Source of the DNA: an uncultured Acidobacteriaceae bacterium
Lineage (GTDB): Bacteria; Acidobacteriota; Terriglobia; Terriglobales; Acidobacteriaceae
Length of the DNA stretch: 64,000 nucleotides
NCBI GenBank assembly: GCA_963718985.1
Contig: CAVRAQ010000028.1
Location: forward strand, 5,048 to 69,047
Direction: 5' to 3'
Shown here: positions 26,935-39,380 of the stretch, in pieces
How positions within the stretch are numbered: the first letter of the stretch is position 1
Layout: every line of letters starts with the position of its first letter
Translations under genes and position numbers: made by a program
The notes under the pieces: model-generated
Databases searched by the model: none
What the model was told of the DNA's origin: nothing
What the model saw: only the letters and a program-made list of their open reading frames with translations

Positions 26935-28413
26935 TTGGCAACAATCAAGCGATGGACAGCAGCGGCCGGTCTTGTGTTCTCGATCTTCGCAATTCTGGGA
27001 TCGGCCCAGAGCCCGCCGGACCTGGTGCTCACCGGCGATGTCACGGGCGCGCAGAACAAAACCTACTTTGAGATTCCGTTCGTCGTGCCCGCCGGTACGC
27101 ATCGCATCAGCGTCGATTTCCACTACACGGGCGCCGAGCAGCGCGCAACCCTTGACCTGGGTATCGCCGATCCGGATCGCTTTCGTGGAGAGAGCGGCGG
27201 CAACAAGAGCCACTTCACCATCAGCGAGACCGACGCGACCCCTTCCTATCTGCCCGGCGCCATTCCCGCGGGCCAGTGGCGCCTGCTCATCGCGGTGCCG
27301 AACATGCGCGCACAAACTGTGTCCCATTACAGGGCCGAGATCCGCTTCAACGCCCGCGATGAAGACTCCAGCTTCGCGGCGCAGCCTCTCGCGAGCGGCA
27401 CGCGCTGGTACCGCGGCGACCTGCACATGCACACCGCTCACAGTGACGGCCGGTGCCCGAGCCAGAGCGGCCTCATGGTTCCCTGTCCGGTCTTCGTCAG
27501 CGCGCAGACGGCGGCCTCGCGCCGCCTCGACTTCATCGCTATCACCGACCACAACGCCGACTCACAATACGATGCAATGCGCGAGTTGCAGCCCTACTTC
27601 GATCGCGTGCTGCTGATTCCCGGGCGCGAGATGACGACCTTCCATGGACACTTCAACATCTTCGGCGTAACCCAGTTCATCGATTGGCGGGTGACCGCGG
27701 GCGGGCTGGATTTGAACAGCGTGCTGCGCGACGTGGCCTCCAAGGGTGGCATCGCATCCGTCAGTCACGCCGCATCGCCCGGCGGCGAGATCTGCATGGG
27801 CTGCCGGTGGGAGCCGCCACAGGACCTCGACATGAGCCTTTTTACCGCCGTCGAGGTCATCAACGGCGGTCCCTTTATGCTCTCCAGCACAAAGTTCTGG
27901 GATGTGCAACTCCGCGAGGGCCATCGTCTGGCCGCCATCGGTGGCAGCGACAGCCACAACGCGGCCAACCCGCCGGGGCCGCCGGGATCGATTGGCTGGC
28001 CCACGACCGTTATTGAGGCGAATGAACTCTCCGTTCCCGCGATTCTCAACGGCATCCGCACAGGACGCACGTTCGTCGACCTCACTGCTTCGCATGACAA
28101 GGTGGTAGATTTCGAGGCCGAGTCCGGCGGCGTCCGTGCCCGCATGGGTGAAACCCTTAGCACCGCCGCAGGAGCGGAAATCCGCGTGCGGATTCATACC
28201 GCCGCTTGCGCGGGTTCCGTCGTTCACCTGCTGCTGGATGGCGAGGAGATTGCCGCTGCGCCGCCCAAGCCTGTTGCTAGCGCGAACTCCCCGGTAGAGG
28301 CTGCGCTCACCGTCACTGCCGGCCGTCATTGGCTTCGCGTCGAAGTTCGCGACGCCAAGGGCAGCTTGCAGTTGACGAGCAGCCCGCTCTATATCAACTT
28401 TCCCGGCCAATAG
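26935..28413 (+). CDS. Secreted PHP-domain metallohydrolase (CehA/McbA-like)
   Basis: WYRGDLHMHTAHSDG, AITDHN, GxE..HGHFN, GGSDSH; TTG start after GAAGGAG; signal peptide. Confidence 0.85.
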   Translation: MATIKRWTAAAGLVFSIFAILGSAQSPPDLVLTGDVTGAQNKTYFEIPFVVPAGTHRISVDFHYTGAEQRATLDLGIADPDRFRGESGGNKSHFTISETDATPSYLPGAIPAGQWRLLIAVPNMRAQTVSHYRAEIRFNARDEDSSFAAQPLASGTRWYRGDLHMHTAHSDGRCPSQSGLMVPCPVFVSAQTAASRRLDFIAITDHNADSQYDAMRELQPYFDRVLLIPGREMTTFHGHFNIFGVTQFIDWRVTAGGLDLNSVLRDVASKGGIASVSHAASPGGEICMGCRWEPPQDLDMSLFTAVEVINGGPFMLSSTKFWDVQLREGHRLAAIGGSDSHNAANPPGPPGSIGWPTTVIEANELSVPAILNGIRTGRTFVDLTASHDKVVDFEAESGGVRARMGETLSTAAGAEIRVRIHTAACAGSVVHLLLDGEEIAAAPPKPVASANSPVEAALTVTAGRHWLRVEVRDAKGSLQLTSSPLYINFPGQ

Positions 28414-28498
28414 ACAGCTTTGCGCGGCGAACGCTTCTCTTTTTGAGAAGAATCCACCGCGCGCGGTCTGTCGAGTTTTCGAGAACTGCAAGATCCGG

Positions 28499-31400
28499 CT
28501 AGAAAACGACCTTTGCGGCCACCTGCAACTCGCGTGCGGGAAGGGTTGAGGTGATCACGCCGAAGGTGGTGCTGCCGGCGCCGTTGTACACGCTGTTCGG
28601 CTCGCCGAAGTTGGTCCGGTTGGTCAGGTTGAAGGCCTCGGCGCGGAACTGAAAGTGGGCTTTTTCGGTGATGGTAAAGTCCTTGGTCAGGCCCGTGTCG
28701 AGCTCCCAGAAGGCGTAGCCGCGGACCGCGTTGCGGGGCGAATTGCCAAAGGGCGCATAGGGCTGCGGGGTGGAGAAGTTGGCGGTGTTGAAGTATCCGG
28801 TATAGGACTTGTTGCTGGCTATGGCCGGGCCGCTCTGGTTGGGACGGTAGGAGTTGCGTCCATCGATAGTGATGAGCGGCGAGACCTGCGTGTCGCTGTC
28901 TGGGCTATAGGCAAAGGTGATGGGGTCGCCGCTGCGGGCCTGGAAGATATCGGTCATCTGCCAGCCGCCCAGCACCGTGTTCCAGAAGCGATCGGCGTTT
29001 GTCAGCAGCCATTGCCCCCTGCCGACCGGCAGCGTCCAGACCAGGGAGGTCACGTTAAGCAGCGGACGGTTGTTCGCGGAGATGCCGTGATCCGCCTTGT
29101 AGTTGTAGATGTTCTGCACTGAAGGGATGAAGTTGCCGCAGTTATTGCAACCGCCGCTGCCGTCCTCGGCCTGGGGGGCGATGTCAAGGTCTTTGGACCA
29201 GGTAAAAGCGTTCAGCAGGTAGAGTCCGGAGGAGAAGCGTTTCTCAACCTTGGCTTGCAAGCCGTTGTAATCGGAGTAGCCCCAGGGCAAAGTGCCAACG
29301 ACCGAGGTGAAGTTGGGCATAGGGACGCGGCTCTGAAAATTTGTTATGCAGCCGCTGGTGGAACTACTTTCCGTAGCCGTAGTGCACGTACTCGGCTGCA
29401 TCACGTTTGCCTGGTTGATGTCGTTGATGAGTATTTCGTTAACGCCGTTGTTGCCCACGTAGGCCAGGTCGACCAGCACACTGTGGCCCAGATCGCGCTG
29501 CACTGAGAAGAACCAGCTCCGTACCTGTGTGTCGGGCGAGTTACGCGGCATGTACTGCAGGACCACCTCCAGCGGGTTGTAGCTTTTGGCGCTGGTCATA
29601 TTGGTAGGAAAGCTGCTCTCGGTGTTGAGGTAGTTGGATGTGCCGGGGGCAACGATCCGCACTGCGCTGATGCCATAGGGCGCGTTCTGGGTAAGGTAGT
29701 TGGAGCCGACGCGGTTCCAGCGCGAATAGCTGATGCCGAAGCCGCCGCGCAGCACGGTATTGTGGGTGAGACTATAGGCCGCGCCGAAACGCGGGCCGAA
29801 GTCCTCCTTATTCGGATTGACCGTATAGCGGTCGCTGGAGCTGGCCAGCGCGATGGGCTGGGTGGTGTTGTAGGTGGTGGGATTGTAGGTGGTGAGATTG
29901 AAGTTGGAGAGCTGGTTGGCGGCCTCGTAGAGGGGAGTGCCGTACTCGTAGCGCAGGCCCAGGTTCACCGTCAGCCGATGGGTCACCTTCCAGTCGTCCT
30001 GCACGTAGCCGCTGAAACCCCATTCGCGGATATTGGCGATGGGGGAGTTGGAGAGGCCGATCTCGGCGCGGTAGCCCAGCAGGAAGTCGGCATAGTCGTA
30101 CATCTTTGTCGATTCGAAGTCAGCGGGACTCTTGACAGAAGGAGCGGGATCGCCCGCGACCGCACAGAGGGGTACACCAGGGGCATACATGAGGGTGAAG
30201 TAATTGTCGTAGCAGTAGCCGCTGAACTCGTTGGTATAGACATCGCCGCCCATCACCGGGTGCAGGTCCTGCTGCGCCACGTGGAGCATGGTGTACTCCA
30301 TGCCGGCCTTGAGGGTGTGGCCCGGCAGCAGCCGGGTGTAGTTGACCTTGGGATTCCAGACCGTGGGGTTCTGATACTGGGGGCTGGTCCACAAACGGCC
30401 CAGGTCGGATGAAGCCTCCATTGATGAAGTACTCGTAGGTGATGCCGCCGGTGTATTGCGGGTCGGTGGGCAGGCCGGTGATGCCGAACTGCGCAACATG
30501 CTGGGGCCGCCGGCCAGCGGGGGAGTCTTGCCCGCCTTCATCCGCGAGAAGCCGAAGCGGGCTTCCAGCAGGGATTTCGGACTGATGGTCCAGGTGGCGC
30601 CGCCCACGATTTGAATCGAAGGTGCATAGACGTTGCCGTCACCGCCCAGGCCGGCCGAGCCGTGAATGGTTCCGGGGTCATAGGCATTCCACTGGGCTTG
30701 CGAGTAGCGAGTAAAGAGACGCAGATTCTTGCGCACGTCGTAGTCCACCTTCGCGTCGCCCTTGTCGCGGTCGAAAGTGCTGGGGTGCAGAACGATGTAG
30801 TTGTTGGTCGAGTTGTTGTTGGTGGTGGGCGGAAGGTACATGTTCCCGTTGCTGTCCTTTCCTTCCATGAGCGTCGCGGCGTAGTTGATGACGGCCGACG
30901 CGGGAATCTGGCCATTCGTGTATTCCTGACCGCCGGCTTGGCCCAAGGAGCGCAACAAGCCCGCGCCGAAACCAGTCGAATTGCACGGGTTCGGATTGGC
31001 GTTCGGGCCGCCGTTCGGGCCGACGTAGGGGCACGGGTTGTCAACGGGAAGGTAGCCAGACGAATTATTCGGATCGCCGGGGTCGTCAATCAGGTAGTAG
31101 CCGAGGGCGGGCGCCGGTGCTGGAGAGGCCGCGCTCGGCCGCGGTGGGCAGGGTGGCCGTGTCGGTGTAGGAGCTGGATTGGCGGAAGCCCTCGTAGTCG
31201 ACGAAGAAAAAGAGCTTGTCCCTCTTCAGCGGACCGCCCAGGGTAGCGCCGAACTGGTTTTGGTGCAGCGCCGGTTTGCCGCCCTACATCCGGCTTGAAG
31301 AAGCCGGTGGCGTCGAAGTCCGTGTTGCGAACGAACTCCCATGCCCGGCCGTGGAGCTGGTTGGTGCCGTAGCGGGTGACCACGTTGATCGTGGCGCCGC

Positions 31401-32104
31401 CAGAGCGGCCGTACTCCGCGCTCATGTTGTTGGTCACCACCTGAAACTCAGCTACGGCGTCCGGCGACAACTGCACCACCTGGTTCGAGAATCCCTGGTT
31501 GGAGGTGCCATACATGTTGTTGTCCAACCCGTCCAACATGTAGTTATTGAAGACGCTGCGCAGGCCGTTGATACTGAACGATCCCTCGCGTTGACTGTAA
31601 CCTTCGGACTAGCTGGTTTTGGGTGGGAACGACGCCCGCGGTCAGCTCCACCAACTGCGAGTATTCGCGCCCGTTCAGCGGCAGTTCGGCGATTTCGCGC
31701 TCATTCACCACCTGCCCGCGTTCGCTCGATTCGGTCTCCAACTGGGCCACCTCGGCCGTGGCGATCACCGAAGTGGCTACCGAAGCCACGTGCAGTTGCA
31801 CGTCCACGCGCTGGTGCGCGCCGACCGTCAGGTCGAATTTGGCCGCAGCCGGCTGAAAGCCCTGCGCCGTCATTTTCAGCTCATAGGAGCCGACGGGCAC
31901 ATCCACGAACCGGAACTCTCCCCGGTCGTCGGTGGTTGCCGTGGCCAGGGCCGCCGTGGCTGTGTTGTGCAACGTCACCTGGCAGTTCGGAACCACCGCG
32001 CCGCTTGGGTCGGTCACTGTTCCAAGTACTGTGGCTGTATCAAATTGCGCCCTGACGCTGGCTGCCAATACCACAAGAAGCGCGAACACTGCTATGCGAC
32101 GCAT
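28499..32104 (-). CDS. Oar-type TonB-dependent receptor; several frameshifts between about 30400 and 31600
   Basis: [10 protein letters not shown] signal, [61 protein letters not shown]-terminal F; pieces in ORFs 31544, 31090, 30538 and 28499. Confidence 0.88.
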
Positions 32105-32316
32105 GGCGTCTCCTCCCCGAATCATATTGAGAACCTCTTCACAGGGGCTCCGTGCAGGGCGGGAATCCTTGTTTTCACTTGCGCGAACAAAAGCATTGCA
32201 CCCGCCTTTGCGCCAGCACTCGATCTGAGGGTAATTAGTCTCTGCAAGCACGATACTCGGCAGGGGCCAACAGTCAATGAAATTCTCTGCAAATATCCCA
32301 TGGAAAGTCATGCTTT

Positions 32317-32332
32317 TGTGAGTTGCATCACA
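32317..32332. promoter_or_regulatory. CRP-type palindrome TGTGA-N6-TCACA
   Basis: Exact consensus TGTGAGTTGCATCACA, about 210 bp upstream of the receptor start. Confidence 0.55.
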
Positions 32333-32953
32333 CATAATTGGGTCAAAGCGGTCTCCACCGGCGCCCGGATCGCCATAATCTGGCGCCTCGGGCTTTCTCT
32401 GCATTCTGCACAAAATGCGAGGTTTCCAGCAACTGCTGCGCGTACGCCACGATGCCCTCCACCCGGCCCGCCGGTGAAGTTGGCACGGGACTTCCTTCTC
32501 ACCATCTGGGCTGCTTGAGGCGGAAGAAGGAGGCGGATTTGTATCTGAACTGGAGCCGACGGGCGGGGAGTGAGAATTTGAACCTCTGCCCCCGGGTCCC
32601 GAATCAAAAAAGTCATAATCTAAGTGACTCATCTTGTGCCGCTTAGGGACGAATCACGGGACTTTCTCTCACCTTAAAGTGTACCGAATGTACCGAGATG
32701 ATGAACGGGATGGCCGACCGTCGCTGCCGTGGATATCGGCGTCGAGTACCTCAAGGTGTGGGTGCCGACGTTCCCAATGAACAACAGATGGATTCCCATG
32801 CCCAAATCGCTCTCACTGGGTACCCCTTAACGGCGGCGCGGGCTGTCTTTTTGATAAGGAATTCTCCTTTGGGAATCTTCTGGCCCACTTTCCACAAATG
32901 ACACTGGTTAAAAGGGAAATTCACAAATGCTTTACAAAAGTCGTACTTTTTTC

Positions 32954-32982
32954 TTGCCCCTCCCCCGCCCGCGTGTTATGGT
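32954..32982 (+). promoter_or_regulatory. Sigma70-type promoter for the polysaccharide locus
   Basis: TTGCCC-17 bp-TATGGT with extended -10 TG; AT-rich upstream tract with TTCACAAATG/TTTACAAAAG repeats (32920-32940). Confidence 0.5.
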
Positions 32983-33259
32983 TTTCAATGACAGTCAAGG
33001 CCAAGCGAAGAGAAGAACAGTTCGCTGCTAAGCTCCCAGAAGCTAGACCTCGAACGGCTGGAATGCCGCAGAAAAACACCCTCGCCGCGTGCGCGGGCGG
33101 CGTACTTAGTGTTTCTAAAATAATCGATCCCGGGAATGGGACCGACGGGAGCGAAGCTTGTCCTGTGCGGGTCTCCGGCGGCTGGGTTTGGCTCTCGTCG
33201 TTCACCTGGTCCAAACCTTCCATCCAACAACCTTCCGTCCAACCCTGATTCCTCAAACA

Positions 33260-33607
33260 ATGACAGTCCTGATACCGCGAACACGCGCCATCAGCGTCCG
33301 GCTCTCAGAGGGAGAGTTCTCGGCTTTGGAGAAGTTGTGCGCCACGAGCGGGGCGCGGAGCATCTCCGACCTTGCGCGCAACGCGATGACCGGCCTTTTG
33401 GATCGTGCCAATCAGGAGAGTGCATTACTTTCGAACATAAACGAGCATTCCGCGCAAATGAAGGATCTGAAACAACAGATAGAGAATCTTGCAGCGGAGA
33501 TCGCATCGCTCAAGGCCGATACGCAGTCGGACAGGATCGACGGAACTGGTAACAGCAATCAGGCGCGCGACATTCATGAGCCGCCGGAAGATCAGTCCCT
33601 TGATTGA
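33260..33607 (+). CDS. Ribbon-helix-helix-like DNA-binding protein with C-terminal coiled coil
   Basis: RAISVRLSEGEFSALEKLC...SISDLARNAM (beta-strand + helix + helix pattern), then heptad LKQQIENLAAEIASLK. Confidence 0.7.
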   Translation: MTVLIPRTRAISVRLSEGEFSALEKLCATSGARSISDLARNAMTGLLDRANQESALLSNINEHSAQMKDLKQQIENLAAEIASLKADTQSDRIDGTGNSNQARDIHEPPEDQSLD

Positions 33608-33680
33608 AATAGAGTTTTTCCGTCATGTCGCGCGACGGTTGGGCGACAGCCGGGCGAGACAGCGTCGCAATGATGGCGCA

Positions 33681-35611
33681 ATGGACGAAGATGGGGGTTC
33701 GCGCGTGCTCGTGTCTTCTGCGCGCCTTTGCGCAATTGCATTCGCGGGCATGCTGGTAATCGGCGTCAGTCCGCTTTCCGCTCTCCCTCCAGGAGGGAAA
33801 ACGGCCGCCGACCAGCCTGCCGACGATTCCGGCGGTGCCGTGACCGAGTGCGATCTATCGGTGCCGGGTTCTCCGTACATTTCGCTGGATAGCTGGATTT
33901 ATCCAGCCGTGCTGCGGCTGTATTCGCTGGGCTTTCTGGATCATGTGTACCTGGGAATGCGTCCATGGACGCGCGCCAGCTTGACCCACATGCTGCAAGA
34001 CACCGCGGCCAACATCGATAATGCGGAGCCGGGACCGCTTACCAGTGAGGCACGGGAATTATATGATGCGCTGGACCGCGAGTTGCACCTCGACACCAGG
34101 GGTCCGTGTCCAGCGCAACCGGGCAATGCGCGAATCGAGTCAACCTACACAGTGGCCCGCGCCATCAGCGGCACGCCGCTGCGCGACAGCTTTCATCTCG
34201 GCTCGACAATCGTGAACGACTACGGCCGGCCTTACCAGGGCGGCTTCAATAATTACTCCGGCGCCAGCGGCTACGCTACCGCCGGCCGGTTCACGCTCTA
34301 TGCGCGCGGCGAGTTCCAGGGCGCGCCCTCGGCCACCGGATACTCAGCCGCATTGGCCCAGGCGCTCGCCACGGTTGACGACACGACCTACCTCAACTCC
34401 GCCACCGGGCTGCCGTACAACCAGACCACCATCCCCATGGGACCGATCGCCACCGCCACCCAGGGACGCTTCCTCGAGTTATACGTCTCCGCACAGTACC
34501 TCAACCACATAATCTCCTTCGGCAAACAGGACGAGTGGCTGGGGCCGGGCCAGGGCGCCAGCATGGCCTACTCGAATAACGCCGAGAACATCTACGCCTT
34601 TCACATCAACCGCATCGAGCCGCTGTATGTTCCCCTGCTCTCCCGGCTCACCGGGCCCTTCCGCTATGAATTTCTGGTGGGCCCGCTGCGGGGCCATACG
34701 CTTATGCCCAACCCGTTGTATACGGGACCGGCATCCAGTCAGCCGAACGTCATCAATCCCGGCGACCCCTGGGTGCATGTCGAGAAGATCAGCTTCCGGC
34801 CCACGGACAACCTCGAGTTCGGCTTTGAGCGCACCGTGATCTGGGCAGGCGAGGGCCACTCGCCGGTCACCATCCACACCTTCCTGAAGAGTTTCTTCAG
34901 CACCTCCTCGCCTTCCCCCCAGGTCAAGGAAGGTCGCGACGATCCCGGCGCGCGCTTCGGCGCCTTCGACTTCTCCTACCGGCTGCCATTCGTCCGCAAT
35001 TGGCTCACGCTCTACACCGACTCGGAGGTGCACGACGATGTTTCCCCCATCGACGCTCCGCGGCGCGCTGCGTTGCGCCCCGGCCTCTATCTCTCTCATG
35101 TGCCTGGCATTCCCAAGCTGGACATTCGCGCTGAAGGCGGTCACCACCGATCCGTCCAACTCGACTGTGTCCGCCGAGGCAGTACGGCCAATTCATGTAT
35201 TGGGAGCAGATCGAGAAGCAGGGCTACACCAACCAGGGGCAGCTCTTCGGCGACTGGATCGGGCGAGAGGACAAGGGCGGCCAGGGATGGATTACCTATC
35301 ACTTGAGCGGCAACGAATGGATCCAGGTCAGCGTGCGCAATCAAAAGGCCACCAAGGATTTCATCCCCGGTTCGACCACGCAGACCTACTCGGGCCCAGC
35401 CTGCCCCCTAGCTGCCTGCCTGCTCCCCGGCGGCACCACGCTGAACGACATCGGCTTCCAGGCGGTCAAGCGCATCGGCAAGGACTTCGAGATCAACGGC
35501 AGCTTTGCTTACGAGCACTGGAAGGCTCCCGTCTATCTTCCCGGACAGCAAACCGTGACCACCACAACCATTCAACTCACATGGTTCCCGAATCGGTCGA
35601 TTGGTTTCTGA
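33681..35611 (+). CDS. wzi: Capsule assembly Wzi-family outer-membrane protein; frameshifted near 35140-35190
   Basis: SPYISLDSWIYP, RPWTR, SFGKQDEWLGPG, KISFRPTDNLEFGFERTVIW, GYTNQGQLFGDWIGR. Start uncertain. Confidence 0.8.
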
Positions 35612-35720
35612 AATGTATCCCCAACCTGAACCTAATCTGTTGATGCCATACTGAAGGCCGCGGGATTCTGACTCGTCCTTTACTTCGACTTACAATTGCA
35701 TCTGAGTGCCCAATTCGACT

Positions 35721-38063
35721 ATGACTCATAAGCTCTTGATCCTCTTCTTATTGTCCGGATCCTTTTGCGCCGGCCAATCGGCTCCAACTGTTCCGGCAAT
35801 CGCACCGGCCTGCGTTCCCTCAGAAGGGCATCCTTGTCCTCCCGCTGGCGCGGCTCAAACACCCCCGGGCACGACGCCCTCCTTAGCCGCTCCCACTCCA
35901 TCCGCTTCCTCTCATCCGCGCCCGCGCCCGAAGCTGAGAATGGCGCAACTCCTTTTGTATTAGCTCCTGCTCAAACTGAGAAGAATCCCCATTCCTACCC
36001 GGGTCGTCGGCCCAATTACCACTCGATCGGAATTCGAGTTGTTTGCCGAGGACGCGGCGGGATCTCCGCTTCCGGTGTACGGCAGGCAGTTATTTGACCA
36101 GGTTCCCTCCACCTTTGCTCCCATGGATCGGATTCCGGTTCCCGCCGATTATGTGCTGGGGCCGGGAGATGAACTCCTCATACGGGTGTGGGGAAAGGTC
36201 GAGCTCGATACCAGCGTGACTGTGGACAGGAATGGGCAAATCTTCCTCCCCAAGTTGGGAACCTTGACCGTGGCTGGGTTGCGCTACGAGCAAGTGGAAA
36301 GCTATCTCCGCGCGGCTATCGGCAATCTCTTCAAGGGCTTTGAGCTGAATGTCACGATGGGCCAGCTCCGCTCCATCCAGATCTTCGTTCTGGGCAGCGC
36401 GCGGCAGCCGGGAGCGTACACCGTCAGCTCCCTGAGCACGCTGGTGGATGCGCTCTTTGCTTCCGGCGGACCCTCCGCCACGGGCTCGATGCGGCACATT
36501 CAATTGCGCCGCGCCAACCGTCTCCTGACCGATTTTGACATTTACGATCTGCTGCGCAGGGGCGACAAATCGCACGATGTCCAGTTGCTTCCCGGAGATG
36601 TGATCTATATTCCGCCTGCCGGCCCGCAAGTTGCCATCATGGGGAGTGTTAATGAGCCCGGAATCTATGAATTGAAGGGCGAAACCACGATTGCCTCCGC
36701 ATTGAAGGACGCCGGCGGCATCACCAATCTGGCGGAAGCGGATCGGGCTCTGTTGGAGCGCATTGAGAACCACAGAAGACGGCGGGTCGATGACTTCCCG
36801 CTGGATGCATCGGGATTGCAGCGCGTGCTCAGTGATGGCGATATGTTGCGGGTCTTCCCTATCTCGCCGCGGTTTGAGAACGCGGTGACGCTGCGCGGAA
36901 ACGTCGCTGAGCCGGGCCGTTTCCCCTGGCACGAGGGGATGCGGATCTCGGACTTGATTCAGTCCCGCGGTTTTCTGATTACCCGCCATCATTGGTACCA
37001 GGAAAACCATCTGGCCGGGAACACGCCCGCCAGCGACAACGGGAGCGGGCATAACGTCCTGGCCCTGAACACACAAATTGATATGATGGCCGATTTAGCC
37101 CAGAATACCGCGGAAATCAACTGGGACTATGCGGCCATCGAGCGGCTCGACGAACAGGATTTGAGCACCCGCCTGATTGCATTCAATCTGGGCAACGCGA
37201 TCGACAAGCCTGCATCTCCCGACAACCAGATATTGAAGGCCGGAGATGTCATCACCATCTTTTCGCGTAACGACCTGCCTTTGCCCACCGATAAACACGC
37301 AAAGTTTGTCCGGGTGGACGGAGAGGTCAATGCTCCGGGAGTGTACCGCGTAGAGCTCGGCGAGAACCTGCGAGACGTGGTCCAGCGTGCCGGAGGGCTT
37401 ACTCCGCACTCCTACCTTTACGCTGCGCAATTGACCCGTGTCTCCACCCGCCTGGCCGAAGAAGAGCAGCTCCGGATATCGATCAACCAGATGCAGAGAG
37501 AACTCATGTCGCGCTATGCGGCTGCCCCGTCGCTCAACTCTGCCAATACCGCGGATCAACAGGCGCAGATAGGGCAGCAACAGGCCATCATAGCCCAGCT
37601 CTCCGCGGTTCGCCCCACGGGCCGAATCGTTCTGGACATGAATCCCACTGCCAGTACGGTCGCCGACATCCCGAATTTTCCTCTCGAAGACGGAGACGGC
37701 TTCTATATCCCCCCCAGGGCCAGCACCGTTCAGGTCGCCGGAGCGGTCTACAACGAGAACGCATTCCGGTATCAGCCTCGGAAGCAGGTCTACGCGTATC
37801 TCAACGATGCCGGCGGGCCGACCCGGCAGGCGGATGTGAGGCGCATCTTCTTGATCCGGGCGGACGGCACCGTAGTTAGCAGGCAAAACCACGGAGAATT
37901 CTGGCATACCGATTTTGAAAGGACAACCCTTTTGCCGGGAGATGCGATTATCGTTCCAACCAAGCTGAAGTCGCCCAATAATTTCATGCAGCAGTTGCCC
38001 TTTTACGCCCAGCTTCTTTCGCAAACAGCAATGACCGGAGCGGTCCTCGGGACCGCCTATTAA
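35721..38063 (+). CDS. wza: Polysaccharide export protein (Wza/SLBB repeats); frameshifted near 35920-36040
   Basis: DYVLGPGDEL..VWG..VDRNGQIFLP Poly_export motif and several SLBB repeats; signal peptide in ORF 35706. Confidence 0.88.
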
Positions 38064-38067
38064 CACT

Positions 38068-39325
38068 ATGCCTTTGATGACTGATCAGGACCCACGCAGC
38101 GAAGTTTCAGCGCTCGCCTCTGAAGAGGCGATTCTCCCCGAGGAGCCGCGCCCGGCGACCGGAATGACCTTCCTTGAATTCCTCATAATTCTCGCTCGCC
38201 GCAAAAGGCTGGTCGCATTGGTGACAGTGATCGCGACGCTCGCCGGTGTGGTCACCAGTCTGCTCCTGCCGGTGCGCTATTTAGCCACCACGCAACTGTT
38301 GACCCCGCAGCAAACCCAGTCGGCCGCAATGATGATGAGCCAGTTGGCAAATACCGCGGCAGGTTCGATGGCCGCCTTGACCGCGGGCGGGCTGGGCTTG
38401 AGAAACCCCAACGAGATCTACATTGGCATGCTGAATTCCCGGCCCATTGCTGACTCGATTATCCGGGACTTTAACCTCGCGGAGATCTACCGCGCCAAGG
38501 ACATGACCGACGCCCGAAAGGAATTGGCGGCCAATACCAATATTGCCGCGCAGAAGAGCGGCTTCATCTCGATTTCCGTCACCGATAAGGACAAAAGACG
38601 CGCAGCCGATATCGCCAACGCCTACACCGCGCAACTGCGCAACCTTACACAATCGATAGAGGCAACCGAAGCGTTGCAGCGCCAGATCTTCTACGAAGGG
38701 CAGTCTGAAATCCGCGAAAGAAACACTGGTCGCCGCGGAGATCTCATTTCAGCACGTTGAGCAGACCAAAGGCGTACTCCAGCCCCAAGACCAGGCCAGA
38801 GTTATGATTGAGAGCCTCGCCGCCCTTCGCGCCCAGGCCGCGGCCAAGAGTGTGGAGCTCCAGGCGCTCCGCTCCTACTCGACCGACCGCAATCCGGAGG
38901 TGCAACTGACGGAGAATGAGCTTGCCACGTTACAGGCAGAGGCTGCCCGTATGGGCCAGAAACAGCATACCGCCGGGTTTTCCGATCTTTCATTGGGGGA
39001 CGTGCCCGGAGCGGGGATCGATTACCTCAGCGCCGAGCACGAGCTGGTCTATCGTCAAACTCTATTCGACCTGTTAATCAAGCAATATGATGCGGCCAAG
39101 TTGGATGAATCCAAAGAGGCAACCGTTATTCAGGTGGTGGAACCCGCGATTCCGCCAGACCGCAAGGCATCACCGCATCGAACCTTGATCGTCCTTCTGT
39201 TTATGCTATTCGGTCTCTTGGCTGCGTGCTCTTACGTCTACACATACGACTTCATTCAGAAAAATCCCGCCCTGGCTCAATCTATAACTGAGTTCAGATC
39301 CGCGCTGGTCGGAAAGTGGTCGTGA
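38068..39325 (+). CDS. Polysaccharide co-polymerase (Wzz/GumC-like, no kinase domain); frameshift near 38705
   Basis: N-terminal TM + YxATTQLL, coiled coil, IQVVEPAIPPDRKASP + C-terminal TM. Confidence 0.85.
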
Positions 39326-39380
39326 TGCCAACCTCGCTTCCACGCATTACCCTCGATTCAGCGGACTGCGTCCTGCAATA

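Noticed and set aside
31544-32632. Long N-terminal extension of the second TonB receptor in the ORF track
   Set aside because: The signal peptide and GGAGGAG RBS place the start at 32104; upstream sequence looks regulatory.
32989-33259. c-di-GMP riboswitch or ops/JUMPStart element in the leader
   Set aside because: No match by eye to GGCAAACC..GACGCAAAGC or GGCGGTAG; an Rfam scan would be needed.
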